This document shows, piece by piece, positions 49,741 to 60,765 of a stretch of DNA of 64,000 nt. Position 1 is the stretch's first letter; each line of letters begins with the position of its first letter. The DNA is taken from assembly GCA_963706595.1 (NCBI GenBank), contig OY970166.1, positions 4,096,001-4,160,000 on the forward strand. Reading direction: 5' to 3'. This stretch comes from an uncultured cyanobacterium (GTDB lineage: Bacteria > Cyanobacteriota > Cyanobacteriia > Cyanobacteriales > Nostocaceae). The notes under the pieces are model-generated. The model saw nothing but the letters and a program-made list of their open reading frames with translations, searched no databases and was not told the DNA's origin. The position numbers and the translations under genes were made by a program.

Positions 49741-50997
49741 GTGGTTATTCTGACCCTGTTAGAACCGCAACAAAAAACGTCACTCAAGCAGTGGTGCTTT
49801 GAAAATTCCTCCGTCATTCGCATTGGTCGAGCGGGGGATAATGATGTGGTTTTATCTGATAGTTTGGTTTCGCGACACCATTTGGAATTGAGGCAAGTTA
49901 ATTCTGCCAAAAATAAAAATGTTGCTTCTTGGCAGGTGTTTAGTAAAGGCACTAATGGCACTTTTTTGGATGGTACGCTTGTGCTTCAGTGTGCTGTGCC
50001 GGATAATTCCCTGCTGCAACTAGCACAGGGAGGTCCAATATTACAATTCCAATTGCAGAAAATACCAGATACTGTGCTGCGATCGCCTACAGGTGACGAA
50101 GCTGAAGCCGAAAGTGCAGGGGATTTAGCCTCCACTTGCCAGCACGAAGGGAATTCTCCTCATAATTTATTTTGCGTTCATTGCGGTCAACCTATCTCGG
50201 TGCAACAGAAAATTCGTCAATATCAGGTGTTGCGAGTTATCGGACAGGGAGGTATGGGTACTACTTATCTCGCTTGGGATGGAGCAGGTCTGAGCAAAGG
50301 AAAACCACAATTGCTGGTTTTAAAGCAAATGAATGCTGACATGGCTAAAATTGCCAAAGCCCAAGAGTTATTTGAACGAGAGGCACATACCCTCAAATCC
50401 CTTGACAATGAGGGGATTCCCAAATACTACGATTTTTTTGTGGTTGCTGGCAAAAAATACTTGGCGATGGAATTAGTTCATGGACAGGATTTAGAAAAAA
50501 GAGTCTATGCGACTGGGCCAGTTACGCCTAGCCAAGCGATCGCTTGGATGATTCAAACCTGCGAGATATTAACGTATCTCCACAGCCAACATCCACCACT
50601 AATCCACCGTGATATCAAACCCGCTAACCTGATGGTGCGAAATTCCAATAATCAAATAGTAGTGTTGGATTTTGGGGCTGTGAAGGAGATTGGTACAACA
50701 CCTGGCACTCGTATTGGTGCAGAAGGTTACTGCGCTCCTGAACAGGAACGAGGACAACCCTTAACTCAATCCGATTTGTATGCCATTGGCCCGACGTTAA
50801 TTTTTCTGCTCACAGGTGAAAATCCTTTCAAGTTTTATCGTCACCGAGGACAAACTTCCCGGTTTGATGTGGTCAATGTTCCCACTATTAGTCCTCAATT
50901 GAGAGAAATTATTGAACGCGTTACGCAGCAGTTGCCACGCGATCGCTACCAAAGTGCTAAAGAACTGGCCTTAGCATTAGCTGCTTGCCCAGTATAG
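49741..50997 (+). CDS. FHA-domain Ser/Thr protein kinase
   Basis: IGRAGDND..VSRHH..GTNGT (FHA); GQGGMG, HRDIKPAN and DFG. Confidence 0.94.
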   Translation: MVILTLLEPQQKTSLKQWCFENSSVIRIGRAGDNDVVLSDSLVSRHHLELRQVNSAKNKNVASWQVFSKGTNGTFLDGTLVLQCAVPDNSLLQLAQGGPILQFQLQKIPDTVLRSPTGDEAEAESAGDLASTCQHEGNSPHNLFCVHCGQPISVQQKIRQYQVLRVIGQGGMGTTYLAWDGAGLSKGKPQLLVLKQMNADMAKIAKAQELFEREAHTLKSLDNEGIPKYYDFFVVAGKKYLAMELVHGQDLEKRVYATGPVTPSQAIAWMIQTCEILTYLHSQHPPLIHRDIKPANLMVRNSNNQIVVLDFGAVKEIGTTPGTRIGAEGYCAPEQERGQPLTQSDLYAIGPTLIFLLTGENPFKFYRHRGQTSRFDVVNVPTISPQLREIIERVTQQLPRDRYQSAKELALALAACPV

Positions 50998-51041
50998 TCG
51001 GTGGGGAGGATGAGAAATACTTACTCCCAATGCACTTTGTC

Positions 51042-51260
51042 TTACTCTTCGTCCCAAGCTTCTACTGATAGCAAGTCGCCAATTGGATCTTGCATACTAA
51101 AGCCAAAGTCTTGCAGTTCCTGTTTCCAGTGCTGCCAGTCGTTGCCATAGAGCAATGCAATTTTCCAAATGCTATCAGTTGGTTTGATAATATTGGATTC
51201 GATGAGTGATTGCACGTTACGCTGCAATTTCACCATTGGGTGAATCACTTGCTGAGTCAT
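51042..51260 (-). CDS. DUF4327-like small cyanobacterial protein
   Basis: IHPMVKLQRNV...DSIWKI...W..WKQEL..F pattern. Confidence 0.75.
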   Translation of the reverse strand: MTQQVIHPMVKLQRNVQSLIESNIIKPTDSIWKIALLYGNDWQHWKQELQDFGFSMQDPIGDLLSVEAWDEE

Positions 51261-51986
51261 AGCCTCGATTCAATTCAGATTATGTTTGGTAAATGCTTAA
51301 TTAAAACTGCTTTCCGTTTTGCAATTGTCGTCGATGCGTGGAGTATTGTAGTTGGCAAAGCTAGTCTTAACTATCTAACTATACCATAACAAACTCTAGC
51401 AGTTGGCTGGAAAATTCGGTTTTGTACGGTAATCACCACTACATAACTGAAATACCGCCAAGCGATCATCGTGGATGCTATACGGGTAAGCTGGCCTTCC
51501 AAAAATTACATAGAGAGATGAGTGGGGAAGGCGGGTAAATTTTGGAGTTTTATGGTCAACAGAATCTGTGTGATTGTTAAAAGACCATAGAACCTGGAAT
51601 TTTCGATGATTTTTGCGTAATGGTGCCAAAAACATTGATTACGCATATTTAACCTTTATATAGACTATCGCAAACATCGAGAATTAAACAAACTTCTGCG
51701 AAATCTTTATATTAATTTAATAATTATCGGCATGAGTGGGGAGTGGGGAGAAGAGGAAAAGGGGCAGGGGGCAGGGGGCAGGGGAGAAGAAGAATGCTTA
51801 TTAAGTAACCGGAAGTTTAAAATAATTTCTTACTCCCCCTTACTCCGGTGCGCCCTGCTCCCCTGCTTCTTCTGGGGAGTGGGTTAAAACCCCAATGGTG
51901 TATAAGTTTGATTATCCGTTTATGTCTTAACCTCCTTGGCAGTTGCTATAACTGGAGACGATTTCACTGGCTGGATCAGTCTAAAA

Positions 51987-52073
51987 GTAGGTTGGGTTAA
52001 GCGCAGCGCAACCCAACGAAGCAAACCAAATATTGGGTTAAGTTGGGTTTCCCAAAACCTCAACCCAACCTAC
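51987..52073. repeat. REPIN-like double palindrome (GTAGGTTGGG family)
   Basis: Same ends as 22961-23036. Confidence 0.8.
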
Positions 52074-52106
52074 ATTTACGTCTAATTTTGGGTTTAAAAA
52101 CAGTCC

Positions 52107-52217
52107 CTAGTACAAGTCGGCGTAAATAAACAGACCATTCAAAATCCATGAAAAGCCCATTTTATAAGCTTTTTGACTTTTGACTTTTGACTTTTGACTT
52201 CCGCCTTGCGGTACTAG
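52107..52217. mobile_element. MITE-like element with CTAGTAC...GTACTAG ends and internal (TTTTGAC)n
   Basis: Imperfect TIRs; the same right portion recurs at about 61960-62002. Confidence 0.6.
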
Positions 52218-52252
52218 CCCCTTCACTGGATCAGAGCAGGTATGCAAAAAAC

Positions 52253-54088
52253 CTACTCAATCCGAAAATTGAAGGGTAAACGAGTGTAAATTCCTTGAGG
52301 ATCGTTCATTTTTTGGAGAATGAGCATTTCCTGTTGGAGTTTGTAAAATTGGGCGGTCAAAGGATTCGCTGGTTTAACTGACACTCCCGCCATCTCTAAA
52401 ATAGTGGTGATTTCTTGAACCGCGCGTCCAAATAAGCGTTCTTCCAAGGTAGTCACTCTGGGATACTCTTGCAATTGCCAATCGTTGTCCAGTTTAGCTT
52501 GCTGGGCAGCATAATTAATAGCAGCATTCAGACCACCGATTTCATCTACCAAACCGATTTCTTTAGCCGTCATCCCTGACCAAACTCGTCCTTGGGCAAT
52601 TTCTGCCACTTTTTGGGGTGGTAATTTGCGACCTTGAACAACTTTATCGAGGAATAGCTCATAAATGCGGTTGACACTGCGCTGATAAATTTCTAACTCT
52701 GGGGGTGATTTCGGGCGGGCGACGGTTTGCAGGTCGGCATAACTGCCAGTTTTTACCGTATCCCAGGTAATCCCATTATCATTGGCTAGTTGTTGCCCAT
52801 TAAACAGCACTCCAAATACGCCTATGGAACCTGTAATTGTGGTTGGTTCGGCAAAAATACGGTTGGAATCGCTGGCAATCCAGTAACCACCAGAAGCGGC
52901 GATATCACCCATGGATACCACCACAGGTTTTACCTTGCGAGTTAATTCTACTTCTCGCTGCATGACCTCGGATGCGGTAGCGCTACCTCCGGGGCTATTA
53001 ATTCGCAAGACAACCGCCTTGACATCATCATCTTGACGGATTTGATTGAAGATTGAGGCAAAGCGATCGCCGCCAATTTGACCATCTTCCCCTCTACCAT
53101 CGACAATTTCGCCCTCAGCATAAACCACAGCAATTTTATTTAGGGAGTTGCGTTCTATACCCAGAGATTTACCAGAAACTTGAGCGTAATTTCTGAGATT
53201 AATTTGTCGGAAGGAGCGATCTGTTTCGTCGCTGGCTGTCAATTTTTTGAGGTCGGTAACTACCTCATCCATGTATCCCACTTGATCGACCAAACCACGG
53301 GCTTTGGCTTCGCTGGCTGTCAGTATTGCCTGAGTATCGGCGATCGCTTGCAACTGTTGCGGGGTAATTTGACGATTAGAACCGACTGTACTCCGCCAAT
53401 CTGCCCAAACATCATCCAATAATTTTTGGATTTGTTCGCGGTTTTCTGGACTCAATTCGTTGAGGATAAAAGGTTCGATTCCGCCTTTAAATTTGCCCAC
53501 CCGCACAACCTGAACACCAAGTCCAAACTTTTCTAAAGCCCCCGCCAGAAACATTGGTTGGCTACTCAAACCCTTAACTTCCATCAAGCCTATGGGATTC
53601 AGGACGATTGTATCAGCCACCGAACTCAGGTAATAGTTCCTTTCACTTAAACCGACTCCATAGGCGACAACCTTTTTTCCTGATTCGCGGAACTTTTCCA
53701 AGGCCTGGCGAATTTCTGTCAGGGAAGCAAAGCCCATGCTACCAGATGTTCTTGTACCTGTTGCGTCTAAATAAATACCGACAATGCGCGGATCAAGCCT
53801 GGCTTTTTCCAAGGTATCAAGAACGCTGCGGAGTGTCATTCTGGGGGCTTCGGCTCCGGATAAAGCTCGTTGCAGCAATTCGCCAGAAGCGGGGGCGCTA
53901 TCGGTAATATTCATTGACAAGTCAAAAACCACGACTGACTGATCTTTCACTTCGGGAGTAGTATCTCTAGAAGCGGTAACGGCAAATAACAGTAATAATA
54001 TTCCTGTTGTGCTGATACCGAAGAAAATCATCAGTCCTAGTACAGTACCTAGTACACTGGCAAAAGTTTGTTTGAAAAAATTACGCAT
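52253..54088 (-). CDS. sppA: Signal peptide peptidase SppA (long form)
   Basis: RINSPGGSA, AASGGYWI, TGSIGV and AQGRVWSG. Confidence 0.96.
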   Translation of the reverse strand: MRNFFKQTFASVLGTVLGLMIFFGISTTGILLLLFAVTASRDTTPEVKDQSVVVFDLSMNITDSAPASGELLQRALSGAEAPRMTLRSVLDTLEKARLDPRIVGIYLDATGTRTSGSMGFASLTEIRQALEKFRESGKKVVAYGVGLSERNYYLSSVADTIVLNPIGLMEVKGLSSQPMFLAGALEKFGLGVQVVRVGKFKGGIEPFILNELSPENREQIQKLLDDVWADWRSTVGSNRQITPQQLQAIADTQAILTASEAKARGLVDQVGYMDEVVTDLKKLTASDETDRSFRQINLRNYAQVSGKSLGIERNSLNKIAVVYAEGEIVDGRGEDGQIGGDRFASIFNQIRQDDDVKAVVLRINSPGGSATASEVMQREVELTRKVKPVVVSMGDIAASGGYWIASDSNRIFAEPTTITGSIGVFGVLFNGQQLANDNGITWDTVKTGSYADLQTVARPKSPPELEIYQRSVNRIYELFLDKVVQGRKLPPQKVAEIAQGRVWSGMTAKEIGLVDEIGGLNAAINYAAQQAKLDNDWQLQEYPRVTTLEERLFGRAVQEITTILEMAGVSVKPANPLTAQFYKLQQEMLILQKMNDPQGIYTRLPFNFRIE

Positions 54089-54147
54089 TTTAGTTTTTTA
54101 GCATAATCGGCGAAAAACCCTAAGTTTGGGATAAATCGCCGGAAGAT

Positions 54148-55197
54148 TTATTGTATTCGTTGTAAACTTTGTGAGTTTTGCAAGTTATTTAATGTGGTGT
54201 TGCCAGTACAAAATAATACTGTGCTAATTTCCGCAAATAACACCTTCACTAAATCATACAGTGCGGCTTCTGATTCCACTGCGGCTTGTAGGAAAGGCAT
54301 AGCTAAACCAGCAATATCTGCTCCCAGAGCGATCGCTTTAGCCACATCTAGCCCATTACGTAATCCCCCCGAAGCAATTAAGGGGACATCAGGAGCGATC
54401 GCGCGAATACTGGTGATACAGTCCGCCGTTGGCAAACCCCAATCAGCAAATGTCCTACCCAAGCGCCTTTGCAAGGCATTTTCCGCCCGTTCACTTTCCA
54501 CCTTTGCCCAAGAAGTCCCACCCGCACCAGCCACATCAATGGCTGTAACTCCAGCCGCTAACAATTTTTCTGTCATTGTGGCAGAAATGCCATTACCCAC
54601 TTCCTTCGCAATCACTGGCACTGTTAACTTACTGCACAAAACATGAATTTTGTCAAGTAATCCTCTAAAGTTAGTATCCCCACTAGGCTGAATACACTCT
54701 TGTAATGGGTTAATGTGCAGAATCAGAGCATCAGCTTCTAAGATATCAATAATCTTGAGACATTCATCCAAACCATAGTGATAATTCAGTTGTACAGCGC
54801 CCAAATTAGCAAATAACAAAACATCCGGCGCGTACTTGCGGATAGCAAAGGTATCAGCCACTTGGGGTTTTTCCAGCGCCACACGCTGAGAACCAACACC
54901 CATGGCAATTTTATAGGATTGAGCCACTTTTGCCAGACGCTGGTTAATCATTGCGGCTTGTTGTGTTCCTCCAGTCATAGAAGAAATTAACATCGGGGCT
55001 GCTAGGTGTTTACCCAAGAAAGTTGTACTGGTATCAATATCCTCGTAGTTTAGTTCTGGTAAGCAGCAGTGCTGAAAGCGATAGCGTTCCAGTCCATTGC
55101 TGAGTTGATGAAATTGCACATCTTCTTCCAAACAGATGCGGATATGATCTGCTTTGCGTGACTGGGTTTGTTCTGAATTCTTGCTAGGGGCGTTCAC
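54148..55197 (-). CDS. fni: Type 2 isopentenyl-diphosphate isomerase (likely GTG start 55197)
   Basis: [32 protein letters not shown] and ASGGLR. Confidence 0.95.
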   Translation of the reverse strand: MNAPSKNSEQTQSRKADHIRICLEEDVQFHQLSNGLERYRFQHCCLPELNYEDIDTSTTFLGKHLAAPMLISSMTGGTQQAAMINQRLAKVAQSYKIAMGVGSQRVALEKPQVADTFAIRKYAPDVLLFANLGAVQLNYHYGLDECLKIIDILEADALILHINPLQECIQPSGDTNFRGLLDKIHVLCSKLTVPVIAKEVGNGISATMTEKLLAAGVTAIDVAGAGGTSWAKVESERAENALQRRLGRTFADWGLPTADCITSIRAIAPDVPLIASGGLRNGLDVAKAIALGADIAGLAMPFLQAAVESEAALYDLVKVLFAEISTVLFCTGNTTLNNLQNSQSLQRIQ

Positions 55198-55366
55198 TGG
55201 TAAATCTAATTCAAAGCAGTGGTTTTCACTATTGTGACAGTTATTGCAATTTTCTGGTATTGTCCCATTTGTTTTTTCCTGTCTTCCTGCTGTAAAAGTT
55301 CTTTCCATACAACACAGACGCGATGAATCGCGTCTCTACAAAACAAATGGCAAGGATGCGTGGTTG

Positions 55367-56404
55367 CTAATTTCCCCCTTGCATTTCTTCAACTTTAAAC
55401 ATACTAATTAATACTCCCGCCAGAGGAATTGATAGAAAAATTCCTACTAAACCCGCTACTTTTGCCCCGACTAACAAAGCAAAGAACATGAAGACTGGAT
55501 TCATATTAATTGAGCCTTGCATAATGCGCGGCATCAGTAAATTTTCTTCGATTTGCTGAAGGACAACACAACCGATTAATACTTGCACACTCAGCCAAAT
55601 TCCTTGAGGTAAAACAATCAGGGCAACTAGGGTAATTCCAATTGTAGCGCCAATGCCAGGAATTAAATCAAATACTCCGGCGATCGCGGCTAAAAATAAG
55701 GCATAAGGTAGTTGCAGAAAAATAAACACAATAAATGCTGAAATGGCAAAAAATAAAGACAATAATAAACGCCCCCAAAAAAAACCTAAAAAGTTTTGCT
55801 GGACAGATATAGTGAACTTATGACGAATACTTGGCGGGAGAATTTTGATCATAAAATTCCAAACTCTTTTGCCATCTAGCAACATAAAAAAAGCTACAAC
55901 AGCAATCAAAATCAAATCAACTAAATTAATTAACAAGCCTTGAAACGTTGCCCAGCCTGTACCAATTCCTGCTAAAATTTGATTGCGTAGTTCTTCTTCG
56001 ACTACTTGAAAATCAACCTTAAAATTAAATCTGATTAGGATATTTTGTAATGATTCTAATAGAGAAATTACATAGTCAATAAATTGAGGTGCTTGTTCAA
56101 TTATTTGTTGAAATTGAGATAAAATGGCAAAACCGAGGGTTGCGATCAATCCACCCAAAATTACCAGACTCAATAAAAAAATGATAATAACTGCAATTCC
56201 ATGTGGTAAAAAACGTTCAGCCCATTTTACTGGATAACTCAGCAAGAATGCCAGAATACCAGCCAATATAAAAATGATAATTACTGTAGAAAAATAAGCC
56301 AAAACTTGAACAATTGCCCAACCAAGAACTAACAGTAATACATAACGAATTAGCCGTGTATTATTCAATTGCTCCCAAAACCTTTTGATGCTTGGCTCAT
56401 TCAT
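55367..56404 (-). CDS. AI-2E family transporter
   Basis: Multi-TM; LIPGIGA, QQIEENLLMPRI and GLVGIFLSIP motifs. Confidence 0.9.
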   Translation of the reverse strand: MNEPSIKRFWEQLNNTRLIRYVLLLVLGWAIVQVLAYFSTVIIIFILAGILAFLLSYPVKWAERFLPHGIAVIIIFLLSLVILGGLIATLGFAILSQFQQIIEQAPQFIDYVISLLESLQNILIRFNFKVDFQVVEEELRNQILAGIGTGWATFQGLLINLVDLILIAVVAFFMLLDGKRVWNFMIKILPPSIRHKFTISVQQNFLGFFWGRLLLSLFFAISAFIVFIFLQLPYALFLAAIAGVFDLIPGIGATIGITLVALIVLPQGIWLSVQVLIGCVVLQQIEENLLMPRIMQGSINMNPVFMFFALLVGAKVAGLVGIFLSIPLAGVLISMFKVEEMQGGN

Positions 56405-56494
56405 AATTTAGATAGATTATATATGACACTATTGGCTGATAATTACCGATATTTTCCGAATAAAATTGTGTTAAGTAATTAGAGGAAAATTCAT

Positions 56495-57427
56495 CTACCT
56501 CCGGGGACATTTTTTCGGTTTAAATGACTGGTTCTGCTGTTGTTCTTCAAAGACGTGTACAGCATATTCAGAGGGAACAATTGCAGCCCCGCGCTGTTTA
56601 GCGTAAACCTTGGTAAATTCAGCCCCTAAAAACAGAATATGAGCAGCGTAAAAAATCCAAGTGATCACGATGACAAACGAGCCAGCCACGCCATAAGTAG
56701 AACCAAAATCAGTGCGACTGAGAAACTGTCCAAAGAAATATTGTCCTACTAAAAACAGAAGTGAGGTAATGAACGCACCAACGATAGTATCACGCCAAGC
56801 AACCTGGGCATCTGGTAGTATACTATACATCATAATAAATATTAATGTTGTCCCGCCAAAAGTAATCAATAAACTAATGAATTGCCACAGATAACCTGAA
56901 CCGGGAACTAATTCATTCAGATAAATAACTAATCTTGCCAAAATTGTGTTGACTACAAAAAACAAAATTAACACACAGGCAATTACCAGTACCATCAAAA
57001 AACACAATAAGCGTTTACGCAATAAATTTAAAACCCGGTGTTTTGGCGCTGGCTTTACCTCCCAAATTCTGTCTAGTGCTGTTTGAATTTGGGTAAATAC
57101 TCCAGTAGCACCAAATAGTAAAAAAGCAATATTAAACACAATTTGAAACGTTTGTTCTTCAGAATCAACTCTCAGATTGACAATAGCTGTAGAAATTAAT
57201 TCCGCCCCCTCCTTTCCAAACAGTTGACTTAACTGATAAATCAGCTCGTCTTGAACCATAGCTTCTTCAAATATTGTCCCCACAATCATAATTACCAGTA
57301 CCATTAGTGGCGCTAAGGAAAACACTGTGTAATAAGCTAGTGATGAAGCTAGCAGAGAGACTTCATTAACTTGCCATTCATCCAAAATTTCTGTTAATAA
57401 CCGCCGAATTTTCCTCAAAGTTACCAT
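56495..57427 (-). CDS. YihY/BrkB family membrane protein
   Basis: LAYYTVFSLAP, YGVAGS..W.FY and LGAEF. Confidence 0.92.
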   Translation of the reverse strand: MVTLRKIRRLLTEILDEWQVNEVSLLASSLAYYTVFSLAPLMVLVIMIVGTIFEEAMVQDELIYQLSQLFGKEGAELISTAIVNLRVDSEEQTFQIVFNIAFLLFGATGVFTQIQTALDRIWEVKPAPKHRVLNLLRKRLLCFLMVLVIACVLILFFVVNTILARLVIYLNELVPGSGYLWQFISLLITFGGTTLIFIMMYSILPDAQVAWRDTIVGAFITSLLFLVGQYFFGQFLSRTDFGSTYGVAGSFVIVITWIFYAAHILFLGAEFTKVYAKQRGAAIVPSEYAVHVFEEQQQNQSFKPKKCPRR

Positions 57428-57634
57428 AGTAACTAAATCAGGCAATATTGCCGTTAAAAGAGCTTTTACTTGTCTATGAAATACACCTGAGCTATCGCTT
57501 GAATTTTTCTTCCCTCAGTAGGCAGAAAAAGCAAGTAGTTTCTGCTGCTCATCTTTTTAGTTTATTAATTGAAAATATCACAATAGCCAGTGCGATCGCT
57601 TGACCATAAATATTGATTTTTGATAATTACTAAA

Positions 57635-57674
57635 TATCTCTCTTAAGGCTGAAATGAACTTACTACTATAGATA
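57635..57674. repeat. 40-bp direct repeat, copy 1 (copy 2 at 58517-58556)
   Basis: 36/40 identical by manual alignment. Confidence 0.85.
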
Positions 57675-57702
57675 TAGCAATCCTAAATAAGTTACGAACA
57701 GA

Positions 57703-57736
57703 AAGATCCCCGACTTCTTGAAGAAGTCGGGGATCT
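57703..57736. repeat. Perfect palindrome AGATCCCCGACTTCTT-G-AAGAAGTCGGGGATCT
   Basis: Read directly; preceded by a TATAGCAATCCTAAAT MITE-like end. Confidence 0.8.
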
Positions 57737-57835
57737 GAGCCTCTTTTCATATTTCCAGAACACAAACCCACTTAAGCAGAATTTCCTATATACTGATAGA
57801 TATTTAATAATAAATGTATCTATCGCGACCCACCC

Positions 57836-58069
57836 ATGAACCAGATATGTTGTCTCAACGCAGAGTGTGATAACCCGCAAGTTCCCGAACATACCAAATT
57901 TTGCCCCAGTTGCGGAGTTCCCCTAATCACGTTGAGGAACCGCTATCAACCAATCAAATCATTAGGTGGTGGAGGATTTGCTAAAACTTATTTAGCATCA
58001 GATATTGACAAATTAAACGAAAAGTGCGTAATTAAGCTCGTGCAAATGCAGGAATTTTTCTGTAAATAA
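57836..58069 (+). pseudogene. Truncated Ser/Thr kinase (4-Cys prefix plus subdomains I-II only)
   Basis: CLNAEC..FCPSCG, RYQPIKSLGGGGFAKTYLA and CVIK, then premature end. Confidence 0.85.
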
Positions 58070-58131
58070 CGAACTAACTGTTAACTCATCAGCCAGATAG
58101 TAAATAAAAATATTCGTATCATAAAGATATC

Positions 58132-58437
58132 TCATTCGTCCCATTCCTGACGTAGAGTATCTAAATGAGCCAGCATTGCTGCTTTCTTATGCTTTAAAAT
58201 TCCTTGGGCTTGAGTAACTTTTTCATAGTCCTGGTCAACTGCTTCCCCAAGTTGAGAAACTGGTGTGTTTTTAAGCGAAGTTTCCAAATAGCTTAAACCA
58301 GAATCATTTTCCTCAATTTCATCATCTATGAACAAAACAATTACTTTGACACGGCTATGTTTGTGAGCCATTAAGGGGGTATCTAAACAAAGTTGACCGT
58401 TTTGATCAACACTTCCCATTATTTCTTGGGCTATCAT
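58132..58437 (-). CDS. Small protein resembling cyanobacterial RelN-type antitoxin N-terminus; no toxin partner seen
   Basis: GSVDQNGQLCLDTPL...SRVKVIVL motif. Confidence 0.5.
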   Translation of the reverse strand: MIAQEIMGSVDQNGQLCLDTPLMAHKHSRVKVIVLFIDDEIEENDSGLSYLETSLKNTPVSQLGEAVDQDYEKVTQAQGILKHKKAAMLAHLDTLRQEWDE

Positions 58438-58707
58438 TTTTGTTTCCCTTATTAATCACAGAATAAAAAGAATTATCTTAACAGTATATCATTTATTAAT
58501 TGGACATTGTTTAATGTATCACTCTTAAGGATGAAATCAACTTACTACTCTAGATAGTGGTAGAAGAAATTCAAAATAGATAACCTAAATAAAGGGAAAC
58601 CAGAATTCACCACATTAATTCTTGGCAGCGCGTACTGAGGATTGCTGAACTCAATCTGGATTTTCTCAAAATTACTTAGCAAATTAACAGATCCTCGCAC
58701 GATAAAT

Positions 58708-59199
58708 ATGAAAGTACATGAATTCCTGAAAACCTATAATGCAGGCGTTAGAGATTTTACTGGCGTTAATCTCAGTGAGGCGGATTTAAGAGAATCTGAT
58801 CTCAGTGGCGCAATTTTAGATAGAGCTATTTTAGGTGGCGCTAAACTGAATTATGCTAATTTAGTTCAAACCAGTTTGATTGAAGCTGACCTGAATGGAG
58901 CCGATTTGAGTAATGCTAATCTGACTGAATGCAACTTAGTTGGTGCTATATTGGATGGTGCTATTTTAGATGGCGCAATTTTAGATGGTGCTGATTTGAG
59001 TCAGGCTAATTTGGAAGTGGCTAATCTGATTGAAGCGGATTTAAGTGAGGCAGATTTACAGGAAGCAAATTTGCAAGCTGCAAATCTCGATGGAGCTAAC
59101 CTGACTCAAGCGAATCTTTCTGAAGCAGATTTGAAAGATACAAATTTGAATGGTGCTAATTTGGAGGATGCTGATTTAGGCGGCGCAATTCTTGATTAG
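58708..59199 (+). CDS. Pentapeptide repeat protein
   Basis: Y.AG.RDF then continuous A(D/N)Lxx repeats. Confidence 0.93.
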   Translation: MKVHEFLKTYNAGVRDFTGVNLSEADLRESDLSGAILDRAILGGAKLNYANLVQTSLIEADLNGADLSNANLTECNLVGAILDGAILDGAILDGADLSQANLEVANLIEADLSEADLQEANLQAANLDGANLTQANLSEADLKDTNLNGANLEDADLGGAILD

Positions 59200-59365
59200 G
59201 AATAGGGATTTAATAAAATACAAAACCTCACCCCCAGCCCCTCTCCTTGGTAAGGAGAGGGGAGAATTTAATGCGACTCCAGGGCGGGGTGTCGTAGGAT
59301 GATGGTGGGTTACGCTGTCGCTTTAGCGTAGTCATATACCCCGACTACATTTTTATAGTTTTTGC

Positions 59366-60538
59366 ATGACTTCCAATCCAGAATTGTGTAACGCGATCGC
59401 CTATCATATTTCTACCAGTCCTCAAGGGCGAATTACTTTCGCTGAATTTATGGATCTGGCTCTATATCACCCTGAACACGGTTACTATTCTAGTCATGCT
59501 GTGAAAATTGGTTTTCAGGGTAGTGATTTTTTTACTTCGCCTCATCTCGGTGCTGATTTTGGCGAGTTACTGGCGGAACAATTTTGGCAGATGTGGGAGA
59601 TTTTAGCGCGTCCTATACCTTTTTCTTTGGTGGAAATGGGAGCCGGTCAAGGACTGCTGGCTATGCATATCCTCAAGCACTCTAGGCTACATCATCCAGA
59701 TTTTTTTGCAGCGCTGGATTATGTAATTGTGGAAAAGTCGCCAGGATTTCAGCAAGAACAGCAACAACGTTTGCAAGATTTTTCTGTGCGTTGGTGCAGT
59801 TTAGCAGATATCCCTTCAGACTCGATAACTGGCTGCTTTTTTTCTAATGAATTGGTGGATGCTTTGCCTGTGCATCAGTTTATTTTAGCAGATGGGGAAA
59901 TGCACGAAGTTTATGTTACCACTGGGAAAGATGAATCTGAGCCGTTGTTTGTGGAAGTTACGGGAGAACTTTCTACACCGGAACTGCAAAAATATCTGGA
60001 TTTAGTGGAGATTGATTTAACTTCCCGTGGTTATGAAGATGGCTATCGCAGTGAAATTAATTTGGCTGCTGGTGACTGGTTGAGTATTGTAGCCGACCGC
60101 TTGCATCGAGGGTATGTGTTAACTATTGATTATGGCTACCCGGCTGATCGTTATTATCATCCCAGGCGATCGCAAGGAAGTTTACAATGTTATTACAATC
60201 ATCGCCACCACGATAACGCTTATATCAACGTCGGGATGCAAGATATTACCGCCCATGTTGATTTTACAGCTTTGGAACGCTGGGGCGATCGCTTCAAGTT
60301 AGAGAAAATCGGGTTTATCCAACAAGGTTTATTTTTAATGGCTTTGGGTTTAGGCGAGCGTCTTTCAGCCATTTCTCACCAAGACCTTCCTCTCTCACAA
60401 CTTCTAAAACGACGAGAAGCACTACACCAGCTAATAGACCCTACAGAACTAGGTAACTTTGGAGTGTTAATTCAAAGCAAAGGACTCCAGCAGACAGAAA
60501 TTGCTCAACCACTCAAAGGACTAACGATACCAAGCTAA
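59366..60538 (+). CDS. MidA/NDUFAF7-type SAM-dependent methyltransferase
   Basis: DFFTSP, EMGAGQG, SNELVDALP, IDYG and QDITAHVDF. Confidence 0.93.
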   Translation: MTSNPELCNAIAYHISTSPQGRITFAEFMDLALYHPEHGYYSSHAVKIGFQGSDFFTSPHLGADFGELLAEQFWQMWEILARPIPFSLVEMGAGQGLLAMHILKHSRLHHPDFFAALDYVIVEKSPGFQQEQQQRLQDFSVRWCSLADIPSDSITGCFFSNELVDALPVHQFILADGEMHEVYVTTGKDESEPLFVEVTGELSTPELQKYLDLVEIDLTSRGYEDGYRSEINLAAGDWLSIVADRLHRGYVLTIDYGYPADRYYHPRRSQGSLQCYYNHRHHDNAYINVGMQDITAHVDFTALERWGDRFKLEKIGFIQQGLFLMALGLGERLSAISHQDLPLSQLLKRREALHQLIDPTELGNFGVLIQSKGLQQTEIAQPLKGLTIPS

Positions 60539-60670
60539 GGGAGTTCTAATTAAAAAAATGTTCCATTGCTGAGGTAGGCAGGGGAGCAGGGAGCAGGGAG
60601 CAGGGAGCAGGGGGGATAAAGAACAAAGATGGTCTGATGAAATGGGGCAATTTATTTTCTGGAAATCCCT
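60538..60670. mobile_element. MITE-like element with AGGGA.TTC ends carrying a GGGAGCA array
   Basis: Imperfect TIRs; the left end recurs inverted at about 33175-33220 and a right-end-like sequence lies at about 38654-38683. Confidence 0.6.
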
Positions 60671-60765
60671 AAAATACGGACAAGCTAAGAATGCTATCCG
60701 ATGCCAATATAGATTAGCATAACATTGACTACTGTGCAGATTCAGACAACAGGAAAGTATTAATT

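Noticed and set aside
55198..55308. N-terminal extension of fni in the ORF track
   Set aside because: Family similarity begins near [11 protein letters not shown] at 55197 is the more plausible start
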